Virus record (IMG/VR): IMGVR_UViG_3300025648_000526
Location: 1 to 64,000 of that record
DNA from: an uncultured virus (IMG/VR IMGVR_UViG_3300025648_000526)
Taxonomy: Duplodnaviria > Heunggongvirae > Uroviricota > Caudoviricetes
Length of the DNA: 64,000 nt
Reading direction: 5' to 3' (one strand)
Position numbers and translations under genes: made by a program. The notes under the pieces are model-generated. The model was given only the letters and a program-made list of their open reading frames with translations, was not told the DNA's origin and ran no database searches. Positions 9,861-20,260 of this stretch are shown piece by piece. Position 1 is the stretch's first letter. Every line of letters starts with the position of its first letter.

Positions 9861-11364
9861 TTTAATAATATCTAAAAAAGATGAAGTATATGCTAAGATA
9901 ACTTGTGAGAAACATTTAGCTCAAGAGTTATCGGAGTTTTTCACATTCTTTGTTCCTGGTTATCAATTTGTTCCTGCTTACCGTAATCGAATTTGGGATG
10001 GAAAGATAAGGATTTTCAATCTACAATCATACACACTATATCTTGGTTTGCTTTATTATATTGAAGAGTTTTGTGCATCACGAGGTTATACATTTGAATA
10101 TGATGATACCAGACCTGATGTTGAAGATGAATTTTCATTGTATCATGCAAAGAAATTTGCTGAAGAATTAAACCTACATTCAAGAGGACAAAAGATTGAA
10201 ATAAGAGAACATCAATTGGATGCTTTCTGTCAATCAATGCAAAAGCGTAGAGCGTTATTGGTATCACCAACTGCTTCTGGTAAATCTCTTATCATCTATC
10301 TTTTATTCAGACAACTTTTAGATTATCAAAATCTCAAAGGTCTTATTATTGTTCCAACCACATCTCTTGTTGAACAATTATATTCTGACTTTACCGACTA
10401 CTCATCTGAAAATGGATTTATTGTAGGTGAAAATGTTCACCGTATCTATCAAGGCAAAGATAAAGATGTTGATATGCCATTAACAATATCTACATGGCAA
10501 TCTCTTTATAAAATGCCTAAAGAATTCTTTCATCAATATGATTACATTATTGGTGATGAAGCACACTTATTTAAAGCACAATCTCTCACCACAATATTAA
10601 CTTCTTGTATCAATACCAAATACCGAGTAGGACTTACAGGAACTTTAGATGGTACAAAAACACATAAACTAGTATTAGAAGGTTTATTTGGTCCTGTTAA
10701 ACAAGTCACTACTACCAAAAAACTTATTGACAACAAGCAACTAGCAGAATTTCAAATTAAATGTTTAGTATTAAAGCATGATGAAGCTATTTGTAAATTA
10801 ATCAAGAATGCTGCCACTTATCAGAATGAATTAGAATATTTAATCTCATCTGAAGCAAGAAACAAATTCATCAAGAACCTTGCTGTGTCTTTGAATACAA
10901 ACACATTAGTTTTATTCCAAATGGTTGACAAACACGGCAAAATATTGTATAATATGATTAAAGATACGAAAAAGATTGGTGATAGAAAAGTATTTTTTGT
11001 TCATGGAGGAACTGACACAGATGACCGAGAAAATATTAGAAAAATTATGGAATCAGAATCTAATGCCATTGTTGTTGCATCTTTTGGCACTTTTTCTACT
11101 GGCATTAACATACGCAATCTTCACAATATTATTTTTGCTTCTCCTTCCAAAAGTCGCATACGAAACTTACAATCGATTGGTCGAGGATTACGCCAAGCGG
11201 AAGGCAAAGAAATAGCAACACTATATGATATTGCTGATGACTTACGAGTAGGCAAACATATGAACTTTACTCTCAAACATTTTGTTGAAAGAGTAAAAAT
11301 ATATACAGAAGAGAAATTTCCTTTTAAAATTTATAAAATAGGTTTAAAGAATGAATCAAATTAA
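9853..11364 (+). CDS. uvsW: SF2 DNA helicase UvsW
   Basis: WDGKIR, SPTASGKS (Walker A), GDEAH, GLTGT and QSIGRGLR motifs. Confidence 0.96.
   Translation: MSDLIISKKDEVYAKITCEKHLAQELSEFFTFFVPGYQFVPAYRNRIWDGKIRIFNLQSYTLYLGLLYYIEEFCASRGYTFEYDDTRPDVEDEFSLYHAKKFAEELNLHSRGQKIEIREHQLDAFCQSMQKRRALLVSPTASGKSLIIYLLFRQLLDYQNLKGLIIVPTTSLVEQLYSDFTDYSSENGFIVGENVHRIYQGKDKDVDMPLTISTWQSLYKMPKEFFHQYDYIIGDEAHLFKAQSLTTILTSCINTKYRVGLTGTLDGTKTHKLVLEGLFGPVKQVTTTKKLIDNKQLAEFQIKCLVLKHDEAICKLIKNAATYQNELEYLISSEARNKFIKNLAVSLNTNTLVLFQMVDKHGKILYNMIKDTKKIGDRKVFFVHGGTDTDDRENIRKIMESESNAIVVASFGTFSTGINIRNLHNIIFASPSKSRIRNLQSIGRGLRQAEGKEIATLYDIADDLRVGKHMNFTLKHFVERVKIYTEEKFPFKIYKIGLKNESN
10925..10953 (+). promoter_or_regulatory. 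Consensus sigma70 promoter inside uvsW, upstream of gp55
   Basis: TTGACA-17 nt-TATAAT. Confidence 0.7.
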
Positions 11365-11728
11365 AATATTAAGACTACAATCTGGTTTAGATGTTGTAGC
11401 CAATGTTTGCATTGATTTAAATGGATATAATTTAAAAGACCCAATGGTCGTTGATATTGACCATTCTGGTCCACGTGCTGGTTTGGTTATGCAACATTAT
11501 TTGCCGGTTCAAATCATTAAAAAGAATACAATCTCCGTGGCAAATAATAATATTCTCTGTGAAATAGAACCTTCTTTGGAATTTTCTGAATATTATGAAA
11601 ATACGGTATCTAAAATTGCTGAACTTCTCCGTGCTAAGTCCGTCATTGAAGAATTGTCTAAAGACGATTATAGTGATGTTATGGATGCTTTTGAAGATAT
11701 ATCATATGGAGATAAGGTAATACATTAA
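11351..11728 (+). CDS. Conserved hypothetical protein (possible Sm-like fold)
   Basis: IKILRLQSGLDVVA N-terminus; sits between uvsW and gp55. Confidence 0.55.
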   Translation: MNQIKILRLQSGLDVVANVCIDLNGYNLKDPMVVDIDHSGPRAGLVMQHYLPVQIIKKNTISVANNNILCEIEPSLEFSEYYENTVSKIAELLRAKSVIEELSKDDYSDVMDAFEDISYGDKVIH

Positions 11729-11817
11729 TATAATATATCAAAGGGGGACATACAGAACTATACATGATGTCAACCTATTTGTCAATAACTTATGTGGTAA
11801 ACTTGAAAGATAATAAA

Positions 11818-12387
11818 ATGACTGAAATCAAAAAAAAGAAAAAAGAATATGTAAACAATGCTGACTTCCTTGAGGCACTTATCAAGTATAAAGAAGGTTG
11901 TAGAGATGCTCAAGAAAAAGGAACTAAAGAACCTCCTATACCAAATTACATTGGTGAATGCTTCATGAAGATTGCCGAAGGATTATCACATAAAGCAAAC
12001 TTTATCAATTACACATATAGAGATGAAATGATTTCTGATGGTATTGAAAACTGTTTAATGTATTTTAATAATTTTGATCCAGATAAATCTAAAAATCCAT
12101 TTGCTTATTTTACACAGATTATTTACTTTGCTTTTCTACGAAGAATCCAAAAAGAAAAGAAACAGCAATATGTTAAGTATAAAGCAACAGAACAATTTGG
12201 TATATTAGATGAATTTGAAATGATGGAACTTGAAGATGGTACCATGAGGCAATTTGAAATGTATGATAATCTTTCAGAATTCATTGAGAACTTTGAAGAA
12301 ACTAAACGAAAGAAAAAAGAATTAAAAAAACCAAAAGGTATTGAGAAATTTCTAGATGAAGAACCCATTGAACCAGATACCGTATAA
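11818..12387 (+). CDS. gp55: Late transcription sigma factor gp55
   Basis: YVNNADFL, NFINYTYRDEMISDGIENC and NPFAYFTQIIYFAFLRRIQKEKKQ motifs. Confidence 0.96.
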   Translation: MTEIKKKKKEYVNNADFLEALIKYKEGCRDAQEKGTKEPPIPNYIGECFMKIAEGLSHKANFINYTYRDEMISDGIENCLMYFNNFDPDKSKNPFAYFTQIIYFAFLRRIQKEKKQQYVKYKATEQFGILDEFEMMELEDGTMRQFEMYDNLSEFIENFEETKRKKKELKKPKGIEKFLDEEPIEPDTV

Positions 12388-12781
12388 CGAAGAAAATCTG
12401 GCCAAGATATCAGAGATAATCAAAAAGAATTTAACGATTGATTTGATACCAAAGAAATGGCAAGCACGAAACATATCTAATCCTATGTTTGGTCATTGTC
12501 ATAATGTGGCTGGTTGTTTATATAAAGTTTTTGGTTCATCTGCTGTAAAGATGTATCGTGGCTTAGATGATGAAGGCATTTATCATTGGTGGGTTGTAGA
12601 TTTAAACGATAAGATTATTGATTTGACAGTTGAACAATATACAAGTCAAGGTAGAAATGCGCCATACGATAAAGGCGAAAAATCAGGACTACTTGGATTT
12701 CAATATAAGCAACGAGTTTTGAGATTAACAGAAAGGGTTATGGCAGAATATGAAAATAGGATTCACTTGTTCCGCATTTGA
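12356..12781 (+). CDS. Hypothetical protein with transglutaminase/YunG-like Cys-His-Asp pattern
   Basis: GHC...HWWVV...IIDLT.EQY spacing. Confidence 0.45.
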   Translation: MKNPLNQIPYNEENLAKISEIIKKNLTIDLIPKKWQARNISNPMFGHCHNVAGCLYKVFGSSAVKMYRGLDDEGIYHWWVVDLNDKIIDLTVEQYTSQGRNAPYDKGEKSGLLGFQYKQRVLRLTERVMAEYENRIHLFRI

Positions 12782-13151
12782 TTTGTTCCACGCAGGTCAT
12801 ATCATGATGCTAAAAGAGGCAAAAACACATTGTGATTATCTCATTGTAGGACTTCAAACAGACCCCACACTTGATAGGCCAGAAAAGAATAAGCCTGTTC
12901 AATCGGTATTTGAGCGATTTATCCAACTACAAGCTTGTAAGTATATTGATGAAATTATTCCATATTCTACCGAAAAAGATTTGATGGACATCTTGCTTTC
13001 CATCAAAATTGATGTTAGGATAGTCGGTCGTGAATATGAATTTAAAGATTTTACCGGTAAAAAGATACCTGGTATTAAAATCATTTATAATAATAGAAAG
13101 CATTCTTTCTCAACAACTGAACTCCGACAAAGAGTTAAAGATTTATCATAA
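12750..13151 (+). CDS. Glycerol-3-phosphate cytidylyltransferase-like protein (TagD family)
   Basis: FDLFHAGH (HxGH), LIVGLQTD and R.HSFSTTELR motifs. Confidence 0.88.
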   Translation: MKIGFTCSAFDLFHAGHIMMLKEAKTHCDYLIVGLQTDPTLDRPEKNKPVQSVFERFIQLQACKYIDEIIPYSTEKDLMDILLSIKIDVRIVGREYEFKDFTGKKIPGIKIIYNNRKHSFSTTELRQRVKDLS

Positions 13152-14221
13152 TGAAAATAGCAATTATAACAGACCAACATTTTGGTGCTAGAAACGATTC
13201 AACACAATTTCTAGATTTTTACGAGAAGTTTTATCGTGATACATTCTTTCCAAAATTAGTTGAAAATAATATCACAACACTCCTTATCCTTGGAGATACT
13301 TTTGATAGAAGAAAGTATGTGAATTTCAATACACTCAAACGAACTAAAGAAATGTTCTTTGATAAATTGGTTGAATTGAATATCAAAATCCATATGATTG
13401 CAGGTAATCATGATACTTATTTCAAAAATACCAATGATGTTAATTCTGTTGATTTATTATTAGCAGAATATAACAACATTGAAATTCTTGATACACCAAC
13501 TGACATATATCTTGATGAAACTGCAATCTGCATGATACCATGGATAGCACCAGATAATTATGCTCAAGCTATGCAACATATTCAAGAATCTGATGCTATT
13601 GTTTGTATGGGACATTTTGAGATTGCTGGGTTTGCTATGCAACGAGGTTTTCCAAGTCAAGAAGGTTTAGATAGAAATATATTCAAACGATTTGATATGG
13701 TATTCTCTGGTCATTATCATCACAGGCATCATCAAGATAATATTTACTATCTTGGTAATCCATACGAATTAACATGGGGTGACTATGATGACACTCGTGG
13801 TTTCCATTTATTTGATACAGAAAAACTTGAACTTGAATTTGTTGCTAATCCAAATACAATGTTCCACAAGTTACCTTATAACGATAAAGAAAACTCCATT
13901 ACAGAAATCAATAATATGGATTTAAGTAAGTATACCAACACATATGTTAAAGTTGTTGTTATCAATAAAACTAATCCATTCTTGTTTGACAAGTTTATGG
14001 CAAATCTATATTCAGTTAATCCTGCTGATGTTACCGTGGCAGAAGATTTTACAGACTTGACAGAAGGCGTGGAAGATGATATGGTGGACCAGGCTGAAGA
14101 CACAATGTCAATTATTGAAAAGTTTGTGGATGGAATTAAAGAAGAAAATATTGATAACATTAGACTTAAAACTGTGATGCGTAACCTTTACGTTGAAGCA
14201 CTTAATATAGAGAACGAATGA
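13151..14221 (+). CDS. gp47: Recombination endonuclease gp47 (Mre11-like)
   Basis: TDQHFG, LGDTFDRR, GNHD and FSGHYH metallophosphoesterase motifs. Confidence 0.96.
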   Translation: MKIAIITDQHFGARNDSTQFLDFYEKFYRDTFFPKLVENNITTLLILGDTFDRRKYVNFNTLKRTKEMFFDKLVELNIKIHMIAGNHDTYFKNTNDVNSVDLLLAEYNNIEILDTPTDIYLDETAICMIPWIAPDNYAQAMQHIQESDAIVCMGHFEIAGFAMQRGFPSQEGLDRNIFKRFDMVFSGHYHHRHHQDNIYYLGNPYELTWGDYDDTRGFHLFDTEKLELEFVANPNTMFHKLPYNDKENSITEINNMDLSKYTNTYVKVVVINKTNPFLFDKFMANLYSVNPADVTVAEDFTDLTEGVEDDMVDQAEDTMSIIEKFVDGIKEENIDNIRLKTVMRNLYVEALNIENE

Positions 14222-15933
14222 TTATATTTCAAAAATTACGATGGAAGAATATTCTTTCCACACCTAACGTCTTTACTGAAATTAATTTAGTAAGGTCACC
14301 TAATACTCTAATCATAGGCAAAAATGGTGCAGGTAAATCCACTATTCTTGATGCGCTATGTTTTGGTTTATTTGGTAAACCATTTCGTAAAATACCTAAA
14401 GCATCTTTACTTAATTCTATCAATCAAGCAGAAGGCATTGTTGAAGTAGAATTTTCTATTGGCCAAAAACAATATAAAGTTATTCGTGGTATTAAACCTA
14501 ATACATTTGAAGTTTATCTTAACGGCAAGTTAGTAGACCAAGATGCTAAATCAGTAGACTATCAAGAGCAATTAGAAAAGCATATTCTTAAACTCAATTA
14601 TAAATCATTCACACAAGTGGTTATATTGGGTTCTGCTTCATTTGTTCCGTTCATGCAATTATCACCAGGTGATAGAAGAGCAATCATTGAAGACTTATTA
14701 GATATTCAAATATTCTCAACAATGAATTCTGTTGTTAAAGATAAGATGTCCATTATTAAAGATAGTTATACCAAAAACAAATATGATATGGACTTAACTG
14801 CTGAAAAAATTAAACTTCAGAAAGAGGCCATTGAAGAGCATAAGAAACACAATGATTCAGAAATAGAAAAAAAGAAAAACGAAATAGAAACATCAGAGCA
14901 ACAAATAGCACAATTACTTGAAGACTGTGTTTTAGTCCAAAAGCACATTGATGTATTACAAAGTAAGATTAATGATAAACTTAGCATTGAAACGAAATCT
15001 AGAAAACTTCTACAACTTGAAGCTAAATTAGAATCTAATGTTAAAAAAATTGAAAAGGATATAACATTTTATGAAGAAAACGACAACTGCCCAACCTGTA
15101 AACAGAATATCGAGGAGTCTTTTAGAACAGAGCAAGTTGATACTCGAAGGACAAAACTTGGTGAAATCACAACAGGACTCCAAGGACTCGCATCCCAAAT
15201 TGAATCAGCTAATAGAAGAATTATTGAAATCCAAGGAATAATTAAACATATTCAAGAACACAATAATGAGATTGTTAAACACAACTCTACAATATCTGCT
15301 GTTCAAACATATATTAGTAAATTACAAACAGAAATACAAGACCTAACATCTCATAAAGATAACCTTGAAGATGAGAATGCTAAATTAAAAGAACTTAAAG
15401 AAGCTCTTGCTGAATTGATTGCAAAACAGGAAGAATTATCTGTTGAAAAACAATATCTAGAAATTGCTTCATCATTATTAAAAGATACAGGTATCAAAAC
15501 AAAGATTATTCGCCAATACTTACCTATCATGAATAAATTGATTAATAAGTATTTGGCTGCAATGGATTTCTTCGTGAATTTTAATATCAATGAGAATTTT
15601 GAAGAAACAATTAAATCTAGACACCGAGATGAATTTAGTTATGCTAATTTTTCAGAAGGCGAAAAGATGAGAATTGATTTGGCACTATTATTTACATGGC
15701 GCCAAATTGCTAAACTAAAGAATTCTACAAATACCAATCTATTAATATTAGACGAAGTGTTTGATTCTTCTTTAGACGGTGTAGGTACGGAAGAGTTTTT
15801 AAAACTAATACACGATATGCGAACTGATACGAATGTATTTGTCATCTCTCACAAAGGTGACCAATTGTTTGATAAGTTCCGTTCAATAATCAAATTTGAG
15901 AAAATTAATAACTTTAGTCAGGTGGCAAAATGA
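14218..15933 (+). CDS. gp46: Recombination ATPase gp46 (Rad50-like)
   Basis: GKNGAGKS, CPTC zinc hook, FSEGEKMRIDL and LILDEVFD motifs. Confidence 0.97.
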   Translation: MIIFQKLRWKNILSTPNVFTEINLVRSPNTLIIGKNGAGKSTILDALCFGLFGKPFRKIPKASLLNSINQAEGIVEVEFSIGQKQYKVIRGIKPNTFEVYLNGKLVDQDAKSVDYQEQLEKHILKLNYKSFTQVVILGSASFVPFMQLSPGDRRAIIEDLLDIQIFSTMNSVVKDKMSIIKDSYTKNKYDMDLTAEKIKLQKEAIEEHKKHNDSEIEKKKNEIETSEQQIAQLLEDCVLVQKHIDVLQSKINDKLSIETKSRKLLQLEAKLESNVKKIEKDITFYEENDNCPTCKQNIEESFRTEQVDTRRTKLGEITTGLQGLASQIESANRRIIEIQGIIKHIQEHNNEIVKHNSTISAVQTYISKLQTEIQDLTSHKDNLEDENAKLKELKEALAELIAKQEELSVEKQYLEIASSLLKDTGIKTKIIRQYLPIMNKLINKYLAAMDFFVNFNINENFEETIKSRHRDEFSYANFSEGEKMRIDLALLFTWRQIAKLKNSTNTNLLILDEVFDSSLDGVGTEEFLKLIHDMRTDTNVFVISHKGDQLFDKFRSIIKFEKINNFSQVAK

Positions 15934-16499
15934 GTGATGAAATAAAATTTAATACGGAAGAATTAGCAAAACCAACCTTAACAAAGGTACCAGTTGAAAC
16001 ATTTCAATTGGTTCCTGAAACACATCCCTTACTTAAACAGGTTTTACCAGAGTTTGATTTCTCTAAACCTCCTGTTGATCCAAATAAATTCGCTTCTACA
16101 TTGGTAGAAACTTGTAAGGCAAATCACGGTATTGGTTTATCAGCCAATCAATGTGGATTTAATCATAGAGTTTTTGTTATGGGTGCTAATGATGATTATG
16201 TGGCATTTTATAATCCAAAGATTACCAAATTTGAAGGCGAAGCACATATGATTGAAGGATGCTTATCTTTTCCTTTCTTGGCATTACGAATCACTAGACC
16301 TGAAACGATTGAGGTTGAATACCAAGATTTCAATGGTGAAAAGAAAACTGCCAAATTTAGTGGATTATCTGCTCGTTGTTTCCAACATGAATTGGATCAC
16401 ATGAACGGCCTTGTATACACATCAAAAGCAAAACCACTAGCTTTGAAAATGGGTATGGATAAAAGAAATAAAATTTTGAAGAAAATAGGATTAAAATAA
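15930..16499 (+). CDS. def: Peptide deformylase
   Basis: GIGLSANQ, EGCLS and QHELDH motifs. Confidence 0.95.
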   Translation: MSDEIKFNTEELAKPTLTKVPVETFQLVPETHPLLKQVLPEFDFSKPPVDPNKFASTLVETCKANHGIGLSANQCGFNHRVFVMGANDDYVAFYNPKITKFEGEAHMIEGCLSFPFLALRITRPETIEVEYQDFNGEKKTAKFSGLSARCFQHELDHMNGLVYTSKAKPLALKMGMDKRNKILKKIGLK

Positions 16500-17764
16500 T
16501 GGCAACACCAATTGAATTTGTAGAGAAACAATGGTCAGAATGGCAAGAGGCCAATCCTCCATCATCTATTGAACATATTGACGAAGCAGAGCTCAAAGAA
16601 AAACTTATTTCTGATTTGACTTATGCATCTCAAATGGATGTTAAAGAATATACTCTCTATCAAAAATGGTGTGAAGTGAAAGAAAGATATCCAACTCAAA
16701 TGGTGTCTACACTATTTGGTGAAGAACTTCAAATGGTTAATCCAGAACAAGAAAAGATTATTAAAGATGTTAAAACAAACTTTTGGATGCCAGATAATCC
16801 AGATGATTATGAAAAGTTACAACCTATATTAGAATTATCTAATGGAGATTTGGCAGAAAGATGGAATGCTATTAGAACATTCTCATCAACAATGAAAAAT
16901 AATTCAAATATTGGCAGAAATCTATTCTATACAGTAAAAGATGAACCTACTGGCAAATATCTTGGTGTGATTTGTATCTCATCTGACTTTCTTGATTTGA
17001 CACCAAGAGATAAAGCAATTGGTTGGTCTAGAGATGTTAAAACACAACAAGGCATGATTAATCATACAGCAATTGGTTCAACAATTGTTCCATTACAACC
17101 GCTTGGTTATAATTACATGGGTGGTAAGTTGCTTGCTTTATTATGTTTAGATGATAGAATTCAGAAAGATTGGAAAGAAAGATATGGTGATACTCTTGTG
17201 GCAGTTACCACAACATCACTATATGGTAAAGCAAAAGCTGGTGGGTTATCTCAATATGATGGTCTAGAACATTGGAACGCTATGGGATTCTCATCTGGTT
17301 CTGTTGCCTTTGAACCTAAACGCACAACCTCAAAGATGATATATGATTGGATTAAAGAGAATTATCCACGCAAATACTTTGAATGGTGGGATGCCAAAAA
17401 TACTCAAGGTCTTCCACTTAAGCGTGACCATAAGAACCGTTCATTAAACTTTGCTTATCCAAAACTTGGTATACCTAAGCAACTTATTAGAACAGAGCAT
17501 CAACGTGGTATTTACTTTGCACCACTCTATAACAATACAAACGAATATTTAAGAAAAGAAATTACTGACGACCAGTTGGTTAAATCATTTGATACTTCTA
17601 CTAAAGCACTTACTGATATTTGGAAAACCAAATATGCTAAAGGTAGAATATCAATGCTCAAGAAGAAAGATAAGGTATCTAAAGAATCCTTATTCTATGA
17701 TGACTTAATTTACCTCACTTGGGAAGAAACAAAAGAAAAATATCTTGTTCAAGTTGGTAGATAG
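16499..17764 (+). CDS. DUF4338/DruA-like, Mom-like GNAT-fold protein (paralog 1)
   Basis: GRNLFYTVKD..TGKYLGVI, IVPLQPLGYNYMGGKLLA, TTSLYG and SQYDGL motifs. Confidence 0.6.
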   Translation: MATPIEFVEKQWSEWQEANPPSSIEHIDEAELKEKLISDLTYASQMDVKEYTLYQKWCEVKERYPTQMVSTLFGEELQMVNPEQEKIIKDVKTNFWMPDNPDDYEKLQPILELSNGDLAERWNAIRTFSSTMKNNSNIGRNLFYTVKDEPTGKYLGVICISSDFLDLTPRDKAIGWSRDVKTQQGMINHTAIGSTIVPLQPLGYNYMGGKLLALLCLDDRIQKDWKERYGDTLVAVTTTSLYGKAKAGGLSQYDGLEHWNAMGFSSGSVAFEPKRTTSKMIYDWIKENYPRKYFEWWDAKNTQGLPLKRDHKNRSLNFAYPKLGIPKQLIRTEHQRGIYFAPLYNNTNEYLRKEITDDQLVKSFDTSTKALTDIWKTKYAKGRISMLKKKDKVSKESLFYDDLIYLTWEETKEKYLVQVGR

Positions 17765-17842
17765 TAGTAAGGATATTAATTCAGTAGAATTAGTATCTGG
17801 TAGTATTATTTTAGATGTTCTAATTTAATTAAGGAGAATTAT

Positions 17843-18895
17843 ATGAAAGCACTATTTGATGTGCAAAAATCTTTAGAAATGTGTCCTCCAAAATATCCAA
17901 AAGGAGTTAGCCACATTAAAAGAGTAGTTTTAAAAAGAGGCGTGGATGTTACTTATCCAAAAGATAAAAATCCAAGATTACTTAAAGTGGTAGTAGAAAG
18001 AATTCCAGAATTAAGAGATTCATTTCTTGTTAATGGATTTATTAATACTTGTTCGCCACCTACAGTAAAAGTTGATCCAAATAATAAAAATAGATTTATT
18101 GGATTATCTGGTTACCATAGAGATGCAGCTGCAGAACAAGCTAAATGGGATACAATGATATATGATGTATTAGAATTTGATTCTCCAAAAGATGAAAGAA
18201 TTCATAGAGTAACAACTAATCATCATTTAACGCCAGTTATACCAAATACACTGGATGATATTGTTAAGCAAGTTGTTGAATCTATATCTAGTAAAGAAAT
18301 ACCTAATGATGATAATGATGTAAAAGAACTTATATCAGTATTAGCAGCAGATAAAACTCCAAATAACCAAAAAACAATTTTTGAGAGAGTTAGAAGGCAA
18401 GTATCTTTTTCTGATACTTTGTTATGTTATCATGCCGGTACAGGTTCAAATTCAACCAAAACATTTGCTGAAAAAAATAATCTCCCATTTCAAGGAGAAG
18501 CAAGATATGGTAAAACAAATAGATTGGGTTATATCACAAGTCAAAAAACTCCAAAAACAACATTATATGAATCTAAAAATTTATATAAAGATTATAATGG
18601 ACAACAAATTGAATATTTTGCTTGGATCTCTAAACCAGAACCTGCTCCTAAATTATACAAACAAAGAAAACAATACAAACAAGCTTTTGATAATTTTATC
18701 CGACTTGATTGTGAAGCAGAAGTTTTCCGTATGCAAAAACTAGGTTTAAAAGTAAAATTAGAAGATATTATTGCTAGCCATCCAATAAAATTTATTGGAT
18801 TTTTAGCACAAGATATTACACCTGATCCATTCAATAACGGCAAACCAAAAGAAAGTGGTGTTGTTGATATTAATGGAAAAGCGGTAGTAATTTAA
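17843..18895 (+). CDS. Hypothetical protein with ParB/Srx-like N-terminal motif
   Basis: LRDSFLVNGF...PPTV...LSGYHRDAAA (GxHR); AGGAG RBS. Confidence 0.5.
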   Translation: MKALFDVQKSLEMCPPKYPKGVSHIKRVVLKRGVDVTYPKDKNPRLLKVVVERIPELRDSFLVNGFINTCSPPTVKVDPNNKNRFIGLSGYHRDAAAEQAKWDTMIYDVLEFDSPKDERIHRVTTNHHLTPVIPNTLDDIVKQVVESISSKEIPNDDNDVKELISVLAADKTPNNQKTIFERVRRQVSFSDTLLCYHAGTGSNSTKTFAEKNNLPFQGEARYGKTNRLGYITSQKTPKTTLYESKNLYKDYNGQQIEYFAWISKPEPAPKLYKQRKQYKQAFDNFIRLDCEAEVFRMQKLGLKVKLEDIIASHPIKFIGFLAQDITPDPFNNGKPKESGVVDINGKAVVI

Positions 18896-18912
18896 ATATG
18901 CCACAAAATGTA

Positions 18913-18942
18913 TTGACTTATGTCATACATATATGATATGAT
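18913..18942 (+). promoter_or_regulatory. Sigma70-type promoter with extended -10
   Basis: TTGACT-18 nt-TATGAT, with TG preceding the -10. Confidence 0.55.
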
Positions 18943-18995
18943 GTTATTTCTCGTTGTGATACGAGGTTTTTTATTAAATTATGAAGGAGTTATAT

Positions 18996-19262
18996 ATGAA
19001 GTTATCAGCAAAAGAAAAAATGTTAGCAGCCTTAAAACAAGAATCTGGCTACAACACATTCACAGTTAAGCAAGCACAACGCCGTTTTGGTATCAAAAAT
19101 GTGTCTGCTCGTATTGACGAATTACGTCAAGAAGGTAATGTTATCTACACTAACACAAAGTTAGATGCTAATGGTAACAAAGTAAAATACTATCGCTTAG
19201 GCACTCCATCTAAAGCACTTGTTCAAGCTGCTTTACGTGCTGGCTATTCTTTCACTGCTTAA
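18996..19262 (+). CDS. Small winged-helix DNA-binding protein
   Basis: FTVKQAQRRFGIKNVSARIDELRQEGNVI...YRLG; own promoter, RBS and terminator. Confidence 0.7.
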   Translation: MKLSAKEKMLAALKQESGYNTFTVKQAQRRFGIKNVSARIDELRQEGNVIYTNTKLDANGNKVKYYRLGTPSKALVQAALRAGYSFTA

Positions 19263-19281
19263 TCAATAAGCAGATTCAAAG

Positions 19282-19315
19282 AGGAGTTAGCCGCAATGAC
19301 TAACTCCTTTTTTTT
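19282..19315 (+). terminator. Rho-independent terminator
   Basis: aggagttag...ctaactcct followed by U-run. Confidence 0.85.
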
Positions 19316-19332
19316 ATTATTACGGAGAGCAT

Positions 19333-20151
19333 ATGGAAATTTCAATTAAAAAAGAACAGTTACAGACAAAAAGATTATTTGTAGCAACACCAATGTATGG
19401 TGGCATGAACCATGGTTTATACATGAAGTCATGTTTAGATTTACAAGCTATTTGTATGCAATATGGCATTCAAAGTAAATTCTCATTCCTATTCAATGAA
19501 TCATTAATTACACGAGCAAGAAATTATCTTGTTGATGAGTTTATCCATCGTTCAGATGCTACTCATTTACTATTCATCGACTCTGACATCAATTTCAATC
19601 CACAAGATGTTATTGCTATGTTAGCATTAGATAAAGATGTTATTGGTGGTCCTTATCCTAAAAAGGCAATTAAGTGGCGTTCAGCAGCTACAGCACTTAA
19701 AAAGAATCCAACTATGAACCCACAAGATTTAGAAAAAGTTGTTGGTGATTTCGTATTCAATCCAGTTAAAGGCACGGCTCAATTTAATGTATCAGAACCA
19801 TTAGATGTATTAGAAATTGGTACAGGTTTCATGATGGTAAAACGAGAAGTGTTTGCTAAAATGGAAAAACAATATCCAGAAATTAGATATAAACCAGACC
19901 ATGTTGGTCAAGCACACTTTGACGGTTCAAGATACATTCACGCTTTCTTTGATACCGTTATCGATACAAAAGATAGTATCACAGGTGGCGGCTCTGACAG
20001 ATACCTTTCAGAAGACTATATGTTCTGTCAAATGTGGCGTAAAATGGGTGGACAAATCTACTTATGTCCATGGATGAGAACTGCACACATTGGTACCTAT
20101 CACTTCCACGGTGATATGCCTGCTGTTGCTAATTTTGTTGGAGAAATGTAA
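19333..20151 (+). CDS. GT-A fold glycosyltransferase-like protein
   Basis: VATPMYGG, ESLITRARN, LLFIDSDI (DxD), GTGFMMV and LSEDYMFC motifs. Confidence 0.75.
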   Translation: MEISIKKEQLQTKRLFVATPMYGGMNHGLYMKSCLDLQAICMQYGIQSKFSFLFNESLITRARNYLVDEFIHRSDATHLLFIDSDINFNPQDVIAMLALDKDVIGGPYPKKAIKWRSAATALKKNPTMNPQDLEKVVGDFVFNPVKGTAQFNVSEPLDVLEIGTGFMMVKREVFAKMEKQYPEIRYKPDHVGQAHFDGSRYIHAFFDTVIDTKDSITGGGSDRYLSEDYMFCQMWRKMGGQIYLCPWMRTAHIGTYHFHGDMPAVANFVGEM

Positions 20152-20260
20152 TGTCTAATATTGATAAAATTAGAGATTTGTTATCTAAAATTGAATACAG
20201 ACCAATTGAAGCTAACACCTCCAATATCCAACAAATTCAATCATTATACCAAAAACGTAA

